From the NCBI GenBank assembly GCA_002256025.1, contig NKIB01015287.1, forward strand, positions 1 through 36,756: DNA of 36,756 nt. Reading direction: 5' to 3'. Shown here piece by piece: positions 1 through 10,704 of the stretch. How positions within the stretch are numbered: position 1 is the stretch's first letter; each line of letters opens with the position of its first letter. Source of the DNA: Asterionella formosa (lineage: Eukaryota). The position numbers and the translations under genes were made by a program. A model generated the notes under the pieces. That model saw only the letters and a program-made list of their open reading frames with translations, did no database searches and was not told where the DNA came from.

Positions 1-237
1 AACTCTTAGGAACGATTACAATCGATCACGGAGACATCGTTGTTCATATCTACAGCCTATTTGGTCCCTGACGTGTCCTTACAGGATACAAGAAAGCATA
101 GAGTGCTTCGGGACGCAATTTCAACAACCAGGGTATCAATAAACCGGTATATGTGAGAACATCGAGAGCTTTTCTTGTCGACATTGCCTATTCCTGCTCA
201 TTTGCTTGATTTTAGCTGAAAGGGACCAACCACAACT

Positions 238-1521
238 ATGTCTTGTAGTTTGATTGGGAATCTCACAAATGCTTGGCTGGCCTACGGATATTGCGCCTTT
301 CAATTCCCCGTCGTCATCGACCAACCTCGAAGCATAGTATCGTTGGGAACGACAGATTTGTTGGCCTTGGAACGAGGGACCACCTCAGTGGTTCTTGTAA
401 AGGATACCAACAACGATGGCATTCCAGATTCCAAGAAGACCCTCGTCACCGCCTCTAAGCTCAATCACGGTCTTGCGTTACAGAATGGGTTCATATATGC
501 TTCCTCAGATACTGATGTATGGCGCTGGCGTTTTAATGTTACTACAAAACAAGTTACTGGTGCAGCCAAGAAAGTAGTAACAAACATCAATGCCGACGGC
601 AATGGTGGTGCTCCCCTTGGACATAAAACGCGTACATTGGCATTTGATTCGATTGGTAGACTCTACGTTTCGGTCGGTTCAAACCAAAATGTCGATCGGA
701 ACTCTTATCGATCGAGAATCAGGCGATTCGATATTGGGAATGCTGCCACCTTTCCTTTGAATTTTATTGGTGGAGAAACCTTTGCAGATGGTCTGAGAAA
801 TGAAGTGGGCTTGGCTTTTGATAAATTCAATGTATTGTGGGGAGTCGAGAACTCTGCGGACAATTTGTTCCGCACAGATCTCGGTGGAGACATCCACAAT
901 GACAATCCTGCTGAAGAGTTGAATCGGTTTGTTTTGTCGGGAAAACATTATGGATATCCTTACTGTTGGAGTGAATTTGCCCTTTCATCGAGTAATAAGC
1001 CTGGAAAGGTTTGGGCCTGGCCAGGTTTTCCATTGACAGACGAACAATGCAGAAACAATTCATTTGTGGGTCCAGAAGTAGCCATGCAAGCTCATTCAGC
1101 GCCTCTTGGAATAACGTTCTATAGATTTCAAGACACTTTACCCACTGGGTGCAAAGGAGGTACATTTCCCCGAGAAATGGATGGATTCGCATTCATTGCA
1201 TTTCATGGATCTTGGAATCGTGTGGTGCCCACTGGCTACAAAGTGGTTTACATCAAGATGGACAGTCAAGGTCGAGCTATCGGTAGTGCTCTTGACCTTC
1301 TCACTCACGAACCTCCCAATGCAAAGTGGGAAGATGGATTCCGGCCTGTTGATGTTGAATTCGATGCGTGCGGTCGTCTACTAGTTTCCAGTGATGGGTC
1401 AAGTGGATCGGGTTCCAAGCTAGTAAGAATCGACTATATGCTGTCAACACCTTCTCCAACAAAGAAACCAACCGTCCTAACAAAACGACCGACAACAAAA
1501 TCCCCGACCAAAACGAAATAG
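238..1521 (+). CDS. PQQ-dependent glucose/sorbosone dehydrogenase-like beta-propeller (CAZy AA12-like) with a Pro/Thr/Lys-rich tail
   Basis: 427-aa intronless ORF with family motifs GHKTRT, YVSVGS, GLRNEVG, NPAEELN, YGYPYC, AHSAPLG, FHGSWNR..GYKV and RPVDV. The C-terminal tail is PTKKPT-like and low complexity. The true start is uncertain because the ORF has no signal peptide. Confidence 0.85.
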   Translation: MSCSLIGNLTNAWLAYGYCAFQFPVVIDQPRSIVSLGTTDLLALERGTTSVVLVKDTNNDGIPDSKKTLVTASKLNHGLALQNGFIYASSDTDVWRWRFNVTTKQVTGAAKKVVTNINADGNGGAPLGHKTRTLAFDSIGRLYVSVGSNQNVDRNSYRSRIRRFDIGNAATFPLNFIGGETFADGLRNEVGLAFDKFNVLWGVENSADNLFRTDLGGDIHNDNPAEELNRFVLSGKHYGYPYCWSEFALSSSNKPGKVWAWPGFPLTDEQCRNNSFVGPEVAMQAHSAPLGITFYRFQDTLPTGCKGGTFPREMDGFAFIAFHGSWNRVVPTGYKVVYIKMDSQGRAIGSALDLLTHEPPNAKWEDGFRPVDVEFDACGRLLVSSDGSSGSGSKLVRIDYMLSTPSPTKKPTVLTKRPTTKSPTKTK

Positions 1522-1529
1522 TGACAACA

Positions 1530-2250
1530 TCCTTATCTCATCATTGATTGTGTAACCAAGGTGATTTGAGCATGCCTCTGCCCATTCTAGCAACTATCCC
1601 ACGTTCTTCTCAACAATGAATTCATCTGGAACTTCATCTTTCATTCCTTCATCTTCCTTGATTTATTTCTGCTTAAATTGCCACTTTTTTCAATGGAATC
1701 CTTCCTGTTTTGAATACCAATGTTTCTCTGCTTCATTTGCCCTGCAAATGCACTCCATTGTTTTGGGGTGTCTACTTGATACGTATGGAGCTAAATTGGG
1801 GCTCTAACAATCATGGGAAAGGTTATCATGAAGAAAAATAAATAACAGGACATAATTGATATTGCTGCATGGATTGGTATCCTTCATGTAGGCATTCTTG
1901 AATCCTCTTGTCTTGGCTAGTGCCAGTGTCTTCATACTCCACTCATGCCAATTGGCGTCCTCGCCATTGAACTTCACAAGGCAAATGGTCTCACCTTTGT
2001 CTTCAGTCATGTTGCAAAACGAAGTTGATTTGCTTGCAAGCGTGTTAAATTCTTCTGCAGTCTGACTGCAATGCTAGCTCTTTCTAGACAAGCTCAGTGT
2101 ATTAAAACCTTCTGTTCTAATCCCACCTTATTGTGAGCTTATTTTATCTATCTTGTAATTGTTCACATTACCAATCATTAAGGTTCTCTTCCCAAATTTG
2201 TATATAGATATTCATTGTGTTGTTAGACATTCAATTCTCAACTGACAACT
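1530..2250 (-). mobile_element. Degenerate Ty1/copia LTR-retrotransposon relic (gag N-terminus fragment)
   Basis: ORF 1804..2010(-) reads ICLVKFNGEDANWHEWSMKTLALAKTRGFKNAY, matching the copia gag N-terminal pattern F-x-G-xxx-W-xx-W. The downstream sequence is broken by stops, and a TPQNNGV peptide near 1755-1775 weakly resembles the integrase TPQQNGV motif. Boundaries are approximate and no intact LTR was identified. Confidence 0.55.
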
Positions 2251-2843
2251 CAACTCCACTCACTTTGTAGAACAATCGTGAATATTCAATGCTATCTGCA
2301 TTGCATAAATACCTTTCCTTCATTGAAATATTGATTACTTAGAACATTCTCCATTCGAATATTTACCTTGGTTTGCTGATATACCGGTACTTGTTCTTGG
2401 CAATCAATGCTGTTCAAATTCTCACAGCATTTCAATACGGGATTTTGGCTGGAATATTACTCAAGATTGATTAGTTAGACTGAACTAACATGCACGCAGT
2501 ACTAAATCTTGACAGTACAGTGCCTGTACCTGGTACCTGGTAGTAGGATATGTGACTATTAAAATATATACTACCGGCAACGAAAGGGATGGGGTTTTTG
2601 TCTCCAAGTGGAGGATGAACAGAAAACAAAATATTTATACACAAATAATGACATGATTCAGATATATGCGACCGGTATGAACACCGGTATGCATGCAGTA
2701 CTGCTTGTTTTATTTACGCCATAGAGCTTTAAACATTCGAATGCTTGCAACTTTCTCATCAGTTTCGCATCGTTCTATCACCGGTAGACCCTTGATTATT
2801 GTAGCATCCAGCATATTTATCGATTAAATCCCTGAACATTAAC

Positions 2844-3949
2844 ATGAAGTCAGTAGCAGCAGCGACACTGCTGTTGATTAACGGTAGCTATGCCTTTTCA
2901 ATGACCAAATCAATAATTTGCAAAGATAGATCTCCTTTTATTGTGGTGCAACCTTCTTCACTTTTTCTGTCCATGCACAAGCATGATGAACCCTCTATGA
3001 TTTCGCGTATCTTCAACAGATTCGACACACTCGAAGCAGCTGGACTCAAGTCACCTGACCAACCTCCGGTTCTCTTGGCACGAGGAGGAGGCTTCAAGCG
3101 AACCGTGATACTTCTGCTCTTGGCATTTGCTTACAAATGGTACCGGGCGAGATTCATCAACAAGGTAATCTTGTGTGGGGGCTTTTATTAGCCACAACCT
3201 CCTCATCTATCACGGTGTCGCATCAATCGACTAACACTCGCCTCCTGCCCCAAATTTGCTAGATCCCAGTCTGGGACCGTCAACCGCAGTGGAACATGGT
3301 TATTACGTCCAAAGAACAAGAAAAGGACCTTCGCGCCTATACTTGCAAGAATTGTGGATCCACGCTCTTTATTGCAAAGAATCGCGAATGGTTCTTCGAA
3401 GGCGACACCGGGCTAGCTGGTCTGGGATGCTATGCATGTGGTGCCAAGGGAAAGGATAATTTTGTTATGGACCGAGAGCGCATTGTGGAAGACGTTGGAG
3501 CCATGGATGATTACTTCGATTATGAACGCCCCTTGGATTTCGTCACCGCAGCAGAACGTAGAGCCTTATTGAAGAAAGCACAGGGTAATGAAGCTTTGGC
3601 GAATGAAATGTTGGTGGCACAAGAAAAGGCTTCAAGTGGCGCCGCACCAGCGAGCCCTGTTTTGGACGCTGAAGTGGCTGGGGATCCACCTGCTATTGAT
3701 GATGTTCCTGATGTCGAAACTGACGTCGTGGACCAAAATCCTACCAACAATGATTCAGATGATGCTCCTGAGGTCGAAACTGAAGTCGAGATCATAAATC
3801 CTTTTGCGGAACAAATTGTTGAGCAAGTTGTTGATCCAGACGCGGCACGCACAGAAGCACCTACCTCACGAAAGACGGCTCCGTCTAAGCCGAAGAAAGT
3901 CAAGCCCAAACCAGAAGATTTGGATGCTCTTGGATTGGATGATTTTTAG
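2844..3949 (+). CDS. Plastid-targeted membrane protein with a rubredoxin-like CxxC...CxxC zinc/iron ribbon and an acidic tail (2 exons)
   Basis: Exons 2844..3164 and 3263..3949. The phase-0 intron runs AAG|GTAATC ... CTAAC branch ... CTAG|ATC and gives ...RFINK|IPVWDRQPQWNMV.... The N-terminus is a signal peptide + SYA-FSM cleavage motif. Also a TM segment VILLLLAFAY and the motif YTCKNCG...GCYACGA. Confidence 0.8.
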
Positions 3950-4424
3950 CCGAGATTGGCACGGATATAGATGACAGTTACATCATACTAGCTACCTGTG
4001 TTAGACAGGATACATTCATGTGTTTTCACTTGTTTAATGGTGTTGACTCCACTTACCAGCTCCATTCATCATTAGTCAAGATCCACTCCTTTTTCTTAAA
4101 CTTGGATGTTTCTGCCATTGACTATCATTGTTAGAGACGTTGAAATTGTCAATTTGTTCAGTGTTGCTAGAGGGAAAGGAATTTACATACGTATACCATG
4201 AGCATTTGTGGATGTGAATGAGCAAGAACAATAATTTGCACTTCAGCTCTTGATTAACCTTACCAAGACGTTCTATTGAGGAACTCAAAGTCGTATATCT
4301 TTAGCCCTTAATATAGCGTTATTCTCTAGAGTAGCATTGCTGGCTTGTGTTCTCCATTTTGAGTCTTTGGGTGAAGCAAGATCTGAATGATTCGTTTCTG
4401 CCCATACCCGACCAAATTGGCTTA

Positions 4425-4976
4425 TTACGGAGGTGGAATGCTGCACTTTTTCAAAAAGATATCATACACCAAAGTTGCCCCCGGCTGGACCAAGCACTCC
4501 CCGTCCTGAATACAGACACCCTTATCTCCATACGCCAACTGCGCAGGAACAATGGCTTGCACCTTTTGGCCAACACGCATGTTGGCAACCATGTCGTTCA
4601 AGCCCGGAATAACAGCTCCTGAATCAAGTTGGAAGAGCAATGCGTTGGATTTCCCCTGTGAATGCGTCGCATCGAAAATGCGTCCATCGGCGAGATACCC
4701 AGTGTATTCAATGGCAACAATGTCGTTTGCTTGAGGAAAGGCAGTCTTTTTTTCCACGTCTTTAGTCACTGCGTACTTGACTCCCTTGTCAGTCTTGAAA
4801 ATTTCGGGTGAGGCAACTGCGGGACTAGAGAAAGTGAGAGAAAATGCAGCAGAAGTGGCGGCAGCGGTTGCATCGCGGAAAAAGGTTCGACGAGAAGTAG
4901 AAGCTGAGAATGCTGACGCTTGTGGCGCCACTAACAATGAGAGCAAGAGGATGCTCGAACTGATAACGGAGCGCAT
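4425..4976 (-). CDS. FKBP-type peptidyl-prolyl isomerase, plastid/thylakoid-lumen targeted
   Basis: FKBP motifs YTGYLADGRIFD, VIPGL, VPAQLAYG and PGATLVYDI. The N-terminus has a signal peptide + ASA-FSA, a twin-arginine RRTFF, a hydrophobic stretch and an AVA cleavage site. Confidence 0.92.
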   Translation of the reverse strand: MRSVISSSILLLSLLVAPQASAFSASTSRRTFFRDATAAATSAAFSLTFSSPAVASPEIFKTDKGVKYAVTKDVEKKTAFPQANDIVAIEYTGYLADGRIFDATHSQGKSNALLFQLDSGAVIPGLNDMVANMRVGQKVQAIVPAQLAYGDKGVCIQDGECLVQPGATLVYDIFLKKCSIPPP

Positions 4977-5862
4977 GGAGTCGTTTCGCTGGCTTCAAGG
5001 AAAATTGCAACTTCTATGGGATCCTGTTAATAGATCGGTGTAGCGACCCATGCAATGAATGTAACAGCACAGAGCGAATAACACGCATGCATTATGTAGC
5101 ACTGTATGAGCCTACCAGGTACCGGTCCCCAGGGTACCAGGTAATGAAATTCGAGCTGAGCGATATGAGACGATGAGAACAGGCGGTGTCACCGCGTCAT
5201 TTTAATTCAGCATACGTAGCATGTCTGCTGGTACACCGTGGTATTTGCTGTGCGGATAAACTCTCGTAATATACCGGTGTATATATTTATTACTGGTATA
5301 CATGCATAGGACGAATGTTTGCTTCTACTTCATTTAATATACCGGGAATTCCGCGGAAACAGACCCGGTATTTTGTACGAGGTACCTGGTACCGGTAGCT
5401 ACATACCGTTGCGAATCTGCTGCACAAGCCGAGGACAGATGTCATGAAAGGCCAAGAACAATATCGATACAATTTACATACTGCTACGGAGGAGTATTAC
5501 CGGTGCCTGGTAGTCGCCGAAAAATAACATGATGATGCAGGAAAAGCGACGAGACGATATCTTATGTACTGCAATTATAAATATGAAGGTGGCTTACTTA
5601 TACATACATAAGGCACACCGTTTCTACATATTCCGCTGGTACATCCCTACCGATATATCCAATTTATCAATTGCACGAGTAATTTAATACCGGTTGTTTA
5701 CGCGGAACATAAATATATACAAGTATATTCATACCGGGATGTAATTGAACCACTCCTTTTTCATGCCAGCCAACATCACTGACGTGCACAGCTGTGAGAC
5801 TGGATGATATCTTGAGCTGCCATTGAAGGCGATGCTTTTAAGCTAGCCCCTGCATCTTGATC

Positions 5863-7597
5863 ATGCATCCTTCCAGCCACTTACGTCCGCGGAGCTCCCG
5901 TTATGCCCATGAGCATGGCGAGCACCCTAAAGCACAAGGCGATGAAGAATCGCAACGGTTGATTCATCTTAGACCTCCGACCCCTTCGGCACCTTATGGT
6001 TTGGTGTGGCCACTCGATGCAAAGGGTGAACGCTCCTCGACAGAAGTAAATAAAGCCGTTTTTGCTGCTGCCGTTGGCGCTGTCAGTCCTGAGAAGGAAG
6101 CTAATATTAAGGAGTGCAAAAACTGGCGTTTTGGGTACGTCAACCACATGGTTGGTATGGTGGAGGAGCAGTGTAAGTCGCCCAGTGCTGCACTTGCTGT
6201 TGCTCAAGCTGGTTTGGATAAGGCCTATGACCTATTTCAGTTTGTGTCTACTGATGGTTCTAGTGTCAGCTTGAAGGAGGTCATGTCAGACAAGAAATCC
6301 GAAAGGTTCTGTACAGGGTTCATTAAGGGTGAAGGTGCTGCGAGTGAGAAGGTGCTGGAGGTCCCGTACAAAGGTAGAACCCTTTCCGGGCAGACCTTGA
6401 AGGATCAGATCCAAAATTGGATAGACTATGGAACAATTGAGCAAAGCGCTGGAGAAGCGATACAGAAATGCGTTGATAGCCCCGGATGGCTGGACTTGAA
6501 TGATCGCTACTTTGTATTGTTGGGTGCAGGTTCCGCTATGGGACCCTTCCTCGTTCTGATGGCACTTGGTGCCAATATTATCGCCGTCGATCTGGACCGT
6601 TCTGGAATTTGGAAACGGTTAATTGAAATTGCCAAGAAATCGGCTGGTTCTATCACGTTCCCAATGAAGAAAGACCAGAAAGCTTGCAAGGACGATGAGG
6701 AGCTTTATGCCAATTCTGGGTCCAATCTCTTTACTGAAACTCCTATGATTCGAGATTGGCTCATGGAACTTTATCCAGGAAATTCTTTTACTGTAGGCAG
6801 TTATGCTTACCTTGATGGTGCCCTTCACGTACAACTGTCCCTTGCAATGGATGCAATTTGTAAAGATCTCAGTGAGCAACGAAACGCTAGTTTGGCTTAC
6901 CTTTGCACCCCAACCGACGTGCATTTGATTCCAAAGGAGGCACACGATGCTAGTGAGGAACATTATAGGGAGTATTCCAAGAAATTATACTGCGTTTTAC
7001 TCAATGTGTTCAGCAATTTTAAGTTCTTGCGCAAAAATGCCAGACCGCCTTTACCTGGAACAGGAGGCGACTTTTATTACGTGAACGGTATTAGTGTTGC
7101 CCAAGGTCCCAACTATGCATTGGCGAAGCGCATACAGCACTGGCGTGCTATTATCGCCAGAAACAACGGTTCCATTGTATCTTCAAATATTGCCCCAGCC
7201 ACCTCGACTGTCTCTGTAGTTCACAACAGAAACTTCGCATGGGCATATGAGGGCATGCCTTACTTCAAACCATATGAGATTTTCGCCCCCGAGACATCGA
7301 ATGCCGTCATGGCCGCTTTGTTACTTTTCGACCTGAATGACCCAAGTAGTGCTGGAAACCCCAAGACTGAACTCAACAACCCCAATCAGTTGTTTCAGTG
7401 GGGGTCGTTCCATGGAGGAAATTGGAGATGTGCGTATGAGGTTGACAGCATTGGCGAAGCCAGCGTTCTTGTCCATTTTGGACATCTTGCAACAGATGCC
7501 ATACAATCCTGTTGTCGTCGAAACTGTTGCTGCTGCTGTCACGGCGAACCTCGCCGATACCATGGAGGCCAAGGGCGACCACACTACTGCTAAATGA
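5863..7597 (+). CDS. Uncharacterised NAD(P)-binding Rossmann / divergent SDR-like oxidoreductase; C-terminus probably frameshifted
   Basis: Long intronless ORF with the first ATG at 5863. It contains the Gly-rich FVLLGAGSAMG, a second strand IIAVD and a YxxxK-like NYALAKR. The frame is ambiguous after about 7495. Confidence 0.7.
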
Positions 7598-8555
7598 ATT
7601 TCCAGAATAATTGCCTTTTTACTTTCTAACAGTCACATTATACAATGCTATCTTCGCATTCAGGGACTTCAGCCCGTCGCATTTGTTTATTTTTGGTGTA
7701 TTCCGTCGAAAAAGTAACGCGCGGAACATGTCGAAAATGTGTATCAGGGCAATTTTTTCTTTCTTCACTTCTGCATGAAGAATCAGCCGCATAGAAATGT
7801 ATTCGCGATGAGTCTACCTCTGTCATTCTGCCTATGACGATGGCCTTCATTTGAGGACGTGCTTGTTCAGCCAACTACTATAAATCATTGAGGAACATCG
7901 GCAAGCCCTGCCCTGTAAGCGACATCACTTTTCTTTAATTATAATCACTTTCTGTCAAAGCAAAGCTTTCAACGACTAAATCTTTGGGGTACACACGATG
8001 CGATCACAGGATAAACTAGCCTATGATCGCCTATACTTCCTATATGCTATAGACGTTATGATGCTCCTCTCGGAATGTACATAAAGCATTGACCTACATC
8101 AGATAGTCTTTAGTGTACGCGTGGGAGGGCTCAAGCTAGTAGATTAGGCTATGTAGACTCCAATGTATTATGCTGCATTCAGTAATGTTATACTACTCTG
8201 TCTCGATTTCAGTGAGGCTAAAACACGTACTGTACAGTCAGGGAGAACTGAGATGTCTTAGTTTCTGGCATTTCTTGGGTGTGTTTCGAGTTCGAATACG
8301 AGTCCGTGGTAATTTCATTTTGTTTTTTACTCCGTACATTATAGGCAGGCCAATTGATACTCCGGGGCGATTCCCCGAAGAAGGGCTGCATCTCTTAATA
8401 GTTCCCTGGTACCTGGTACGTGCTAATCCTTATACCGGTAGTACCAGGTACCTGGTTGGGAATTGATAAACCCGGCAGCATGTATATACGCACCCGTATA
8501 AAAACGGGAGACTACCGGTAGCAGCCAAGTGCTCCAAGTGAGTGTACCAACGGTA

Positions 8556-8653
8556 CCAGCAAGTTGCTGTGGTAATTTTGCTGAAACTAAGGATTTAGCA
8601 ACCTTTATCCTAGATTAAAATGTTTATTTAAGCAAAATACCACAACTTGCAGG
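8556..8653. mobile_element. ~98-bp MITE, family M1 copy 1
   Basis: Ends CCAGCAAGTTGCTGTGGTAATTTTGCT ... AGCAAAATACCACAACTTGCAGG are inverted repeats, with TA on both flanks. A near-identical copy lies at 36627..36724. Confidence 0.8.
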
Positions 8654-9012
8654 TACCCATGTACGGTGTATGTGCATTCCAATAACATATTTATTCAGGT
8701 ATATATGCAGGCTTCCGGTATGCTCGGAGTGCGTACCGGCATAAAATAGCGCTGGTATGCTAAAAATAAATACCGGTAACAAGAAGTGACAAAAACGCGA
8801 ACTCATATCATATCTTAGCTATTACGCCTATATTCATCAGCCATCATCGGAGTATTTCTTAAGCAAACAAAAAATACTAGTACACCGAAAGCGGCAGAAT
8901 GAGAATCCCATGAAAAAGCCTGACGAAGATTCAAGAATGTTTGTCTCACAATCATACATGACAATATATCATACACTACCAACATATCGCATTAAAAAGT
9001 GAGCAAGAAACA

Positions 9013-10704
9013 ATGAAAGTCGTCATCATCGGTGGAGTAGCAGGCGGGGCAAGTGCTGCCGCAAGACTGCGAAGATTAGACGAGAGTGCTGAGATTCTCC
9101 TCCTTCAGTCTGGACCAGACGTGTCGTTCGCCAGCTGCGGAATGCCCTACTTTATTGGTGGAGAAATTAAAGACAGAAGCTCCATGGCAGTGCAAACACC
9201 ACAGAGTTTGAATACCCGTCTCAACATTAACGTACAAGTCAATACTCGAGTAGAAGAAATCAACACTGAGAGCAAGACTATTGTTGCTAAAAACGAGCGC
9301 ACTGGAGTAACATTAACATCCACCTATGATCATTTGGTGCTCGCAGTAGGCGCCGAACCCTTCAAGCCGCCCATCCCTGGGATCAATCGCCCTGGATTGT
9401 TTGCCCTTCGTAACTTGGAAGACATGGATGCCATCGTAGCCTGGATCCACAAGAAGCAGCAAGATAATCCAACAGAATCCATGCATTGTGTTGTGGCTGG
9501 AGCTGGTTTCGTTGGAATCGAGATGGTTGAGCAGCTTTCACGCCGAAATATAAAAATAACAGTGGTGGAGATGATGCCGCAGATCATGGCGCCCTTTGAT
9601 ATTGAGATGGCAGCTATCCTTCATAAGGACTTGGAACGTCGAGGTGTCGCTGTGATAACTGGTGATGGTATCTCCGAATTCCATGCCTGTACAAATGGTG
9701 GTGATCCTGAATCAACGGTGGTGGTTCTCAAATCTGGAAGAGTTCTTCCTCCAGCACAAATGACTATTCTTGGGCTTGGACTTAAGCCTGACACCAAAAT
9801 CGCCGCAGATGCTGGCATTGAGTGTGCCAGAAGTGGTCATATCATAGTTGATGAACAACTTCGCACATCAGCACCGAATGTTTGGGCCGTTGGCGATGCC
9901 ATTATGGTCAATAATCCCATAATTCCCGATAGCACATGGGCGATTCCGTTAGCTGGTCCAGCAAATCGCCAGGGGCGAATGGCGGCGGACAATATCATGG
10001 GAAAAGAACGCACCTACAAAGGAACATATGCGGCCAGCGTTATTCGCGTCTTTGATATTGTGGCAGCATGTGTGGGAATGAATGAAAAGTTGGTGGTATC
10101 TAAGAATCTTCCTTTTGCCAGCATCCATGTCCATCCTGGAAGTCATGCCGGTTACTTTCCGGGGGCCAAGTCGATCAACTTCAAGCTGGTGTTCAACCCT
10201 GAGAATGGAGCCATCTATGGAGCGCAAGCAGTTGGAGAAGATGGTGTTGAGAAAAGAATTGATGTGATTTCAACTGCCATGCAAGGCAAGCTCACTGTTT
10301 CGGACCTTGCTGACTTGGAATTATGCTATGCCCCTCCAGTTGGATCTGCAAAGGATCCTGTGAACATGGCTGGTATGGCTGCTCAAAACATTGTGGAAGG
10401 GTTGGTGACGCAAGTTGACTGGAAAGAACTAGAAGCTATTTCAAAGAACCCCGACACGGTTGTCCTCGATGTTCGCAACCCAGGTGAAATTGCTTCCAAC
10501 GGTATCCTAGTTGAAAACGCTGTGAATATCCCGCTTGATAGCCTTCGGGGACGAATGCATGAGCTTCCGAAGGAAAAGCGTATTGTGGTGTCTTGTGCAT
10601 CTGGCCAGAGGGCATATTATGCATGTAGAGTGCTAACGCAAAGCGGTTTCCAGAATGTGGACAATCTCAGCGGTGCTTTCAAAACGTTTAGTTCAATGAA
10701 ATGA
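9013..10704 (+). CDS. CoA-disulfide reductase / NADH-dependent persulfide reductase with C-terminal rhodanese domain (CoADR-RHD/Npsr family)
   Basis: FAD motif IIGGVAGGASAAARLRR, redox-Cys motif SFASCGMPY, NADH motif GAGFVGIE, WAVGD, LAGPANRQGR, YAPP..SAKDPVN, and rhodanese DVR...CASGQRA. 563 aa, intronless. Confidence 0.93.
   Translation: MKVVIIGGVAGGASAAARLRRLDESAEILLLQSGPDVSFASCGMPYFIGGEIKDRSSMAVQTPQSLNTRLNINVQVNTRVEEINTESKTIVAKNERTGVTLTSTYDHLVLAVGAEPFKPPIPGINRPGLFALRNLEDMDAIVAWIHKKQQDNPTESMHCVVAGAGFVGIEMVEQLSRRNIKITVVEMMPQIMAPFDIEMAAILHKDLERRGVAVITGDGISEFHACTNGGDPESTVVVLKSGRVLPPAQMTILGLGLKPDTKIAADAGIECARSGHIIVDEQLRTSAPNVWAVGDAIMVNNPIIPDSTWAIPLAGPANRQGRMAADNIMGKERTYKGTYAASVIRVFDIVAACVGMNEKLVVSKNLPFASIHVHPGSHAGYFPGAKSINFKLVFNPENGAIYGAQAVGEDGVEKRIDVISTAMQGKLTVSDLADLELCYAPPVGSAKDPVNMAGMAAQNIVEGLVTQVDWKELEAISKNPDTVVLDVRNPGEIASNGILVENAVNIPLDSLRGRMHELPKEKRIVVSCASGQRAYYACRVLTQSGFQNVDNLSGAFKTFSSMK

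Noticed and set aside
3520..5043. Short antisense ORFs overlapping real genes (here and across the window)
   Set aside because: They are shadow ORFs of genuine coding sequences, with no independent motifs.
8017..8152. Degenerate hairpin (TAGCCTA...TAGGCTA with partial inner pairing)
   Set aside because: The pairing is too imperfect to call an element without more copies.
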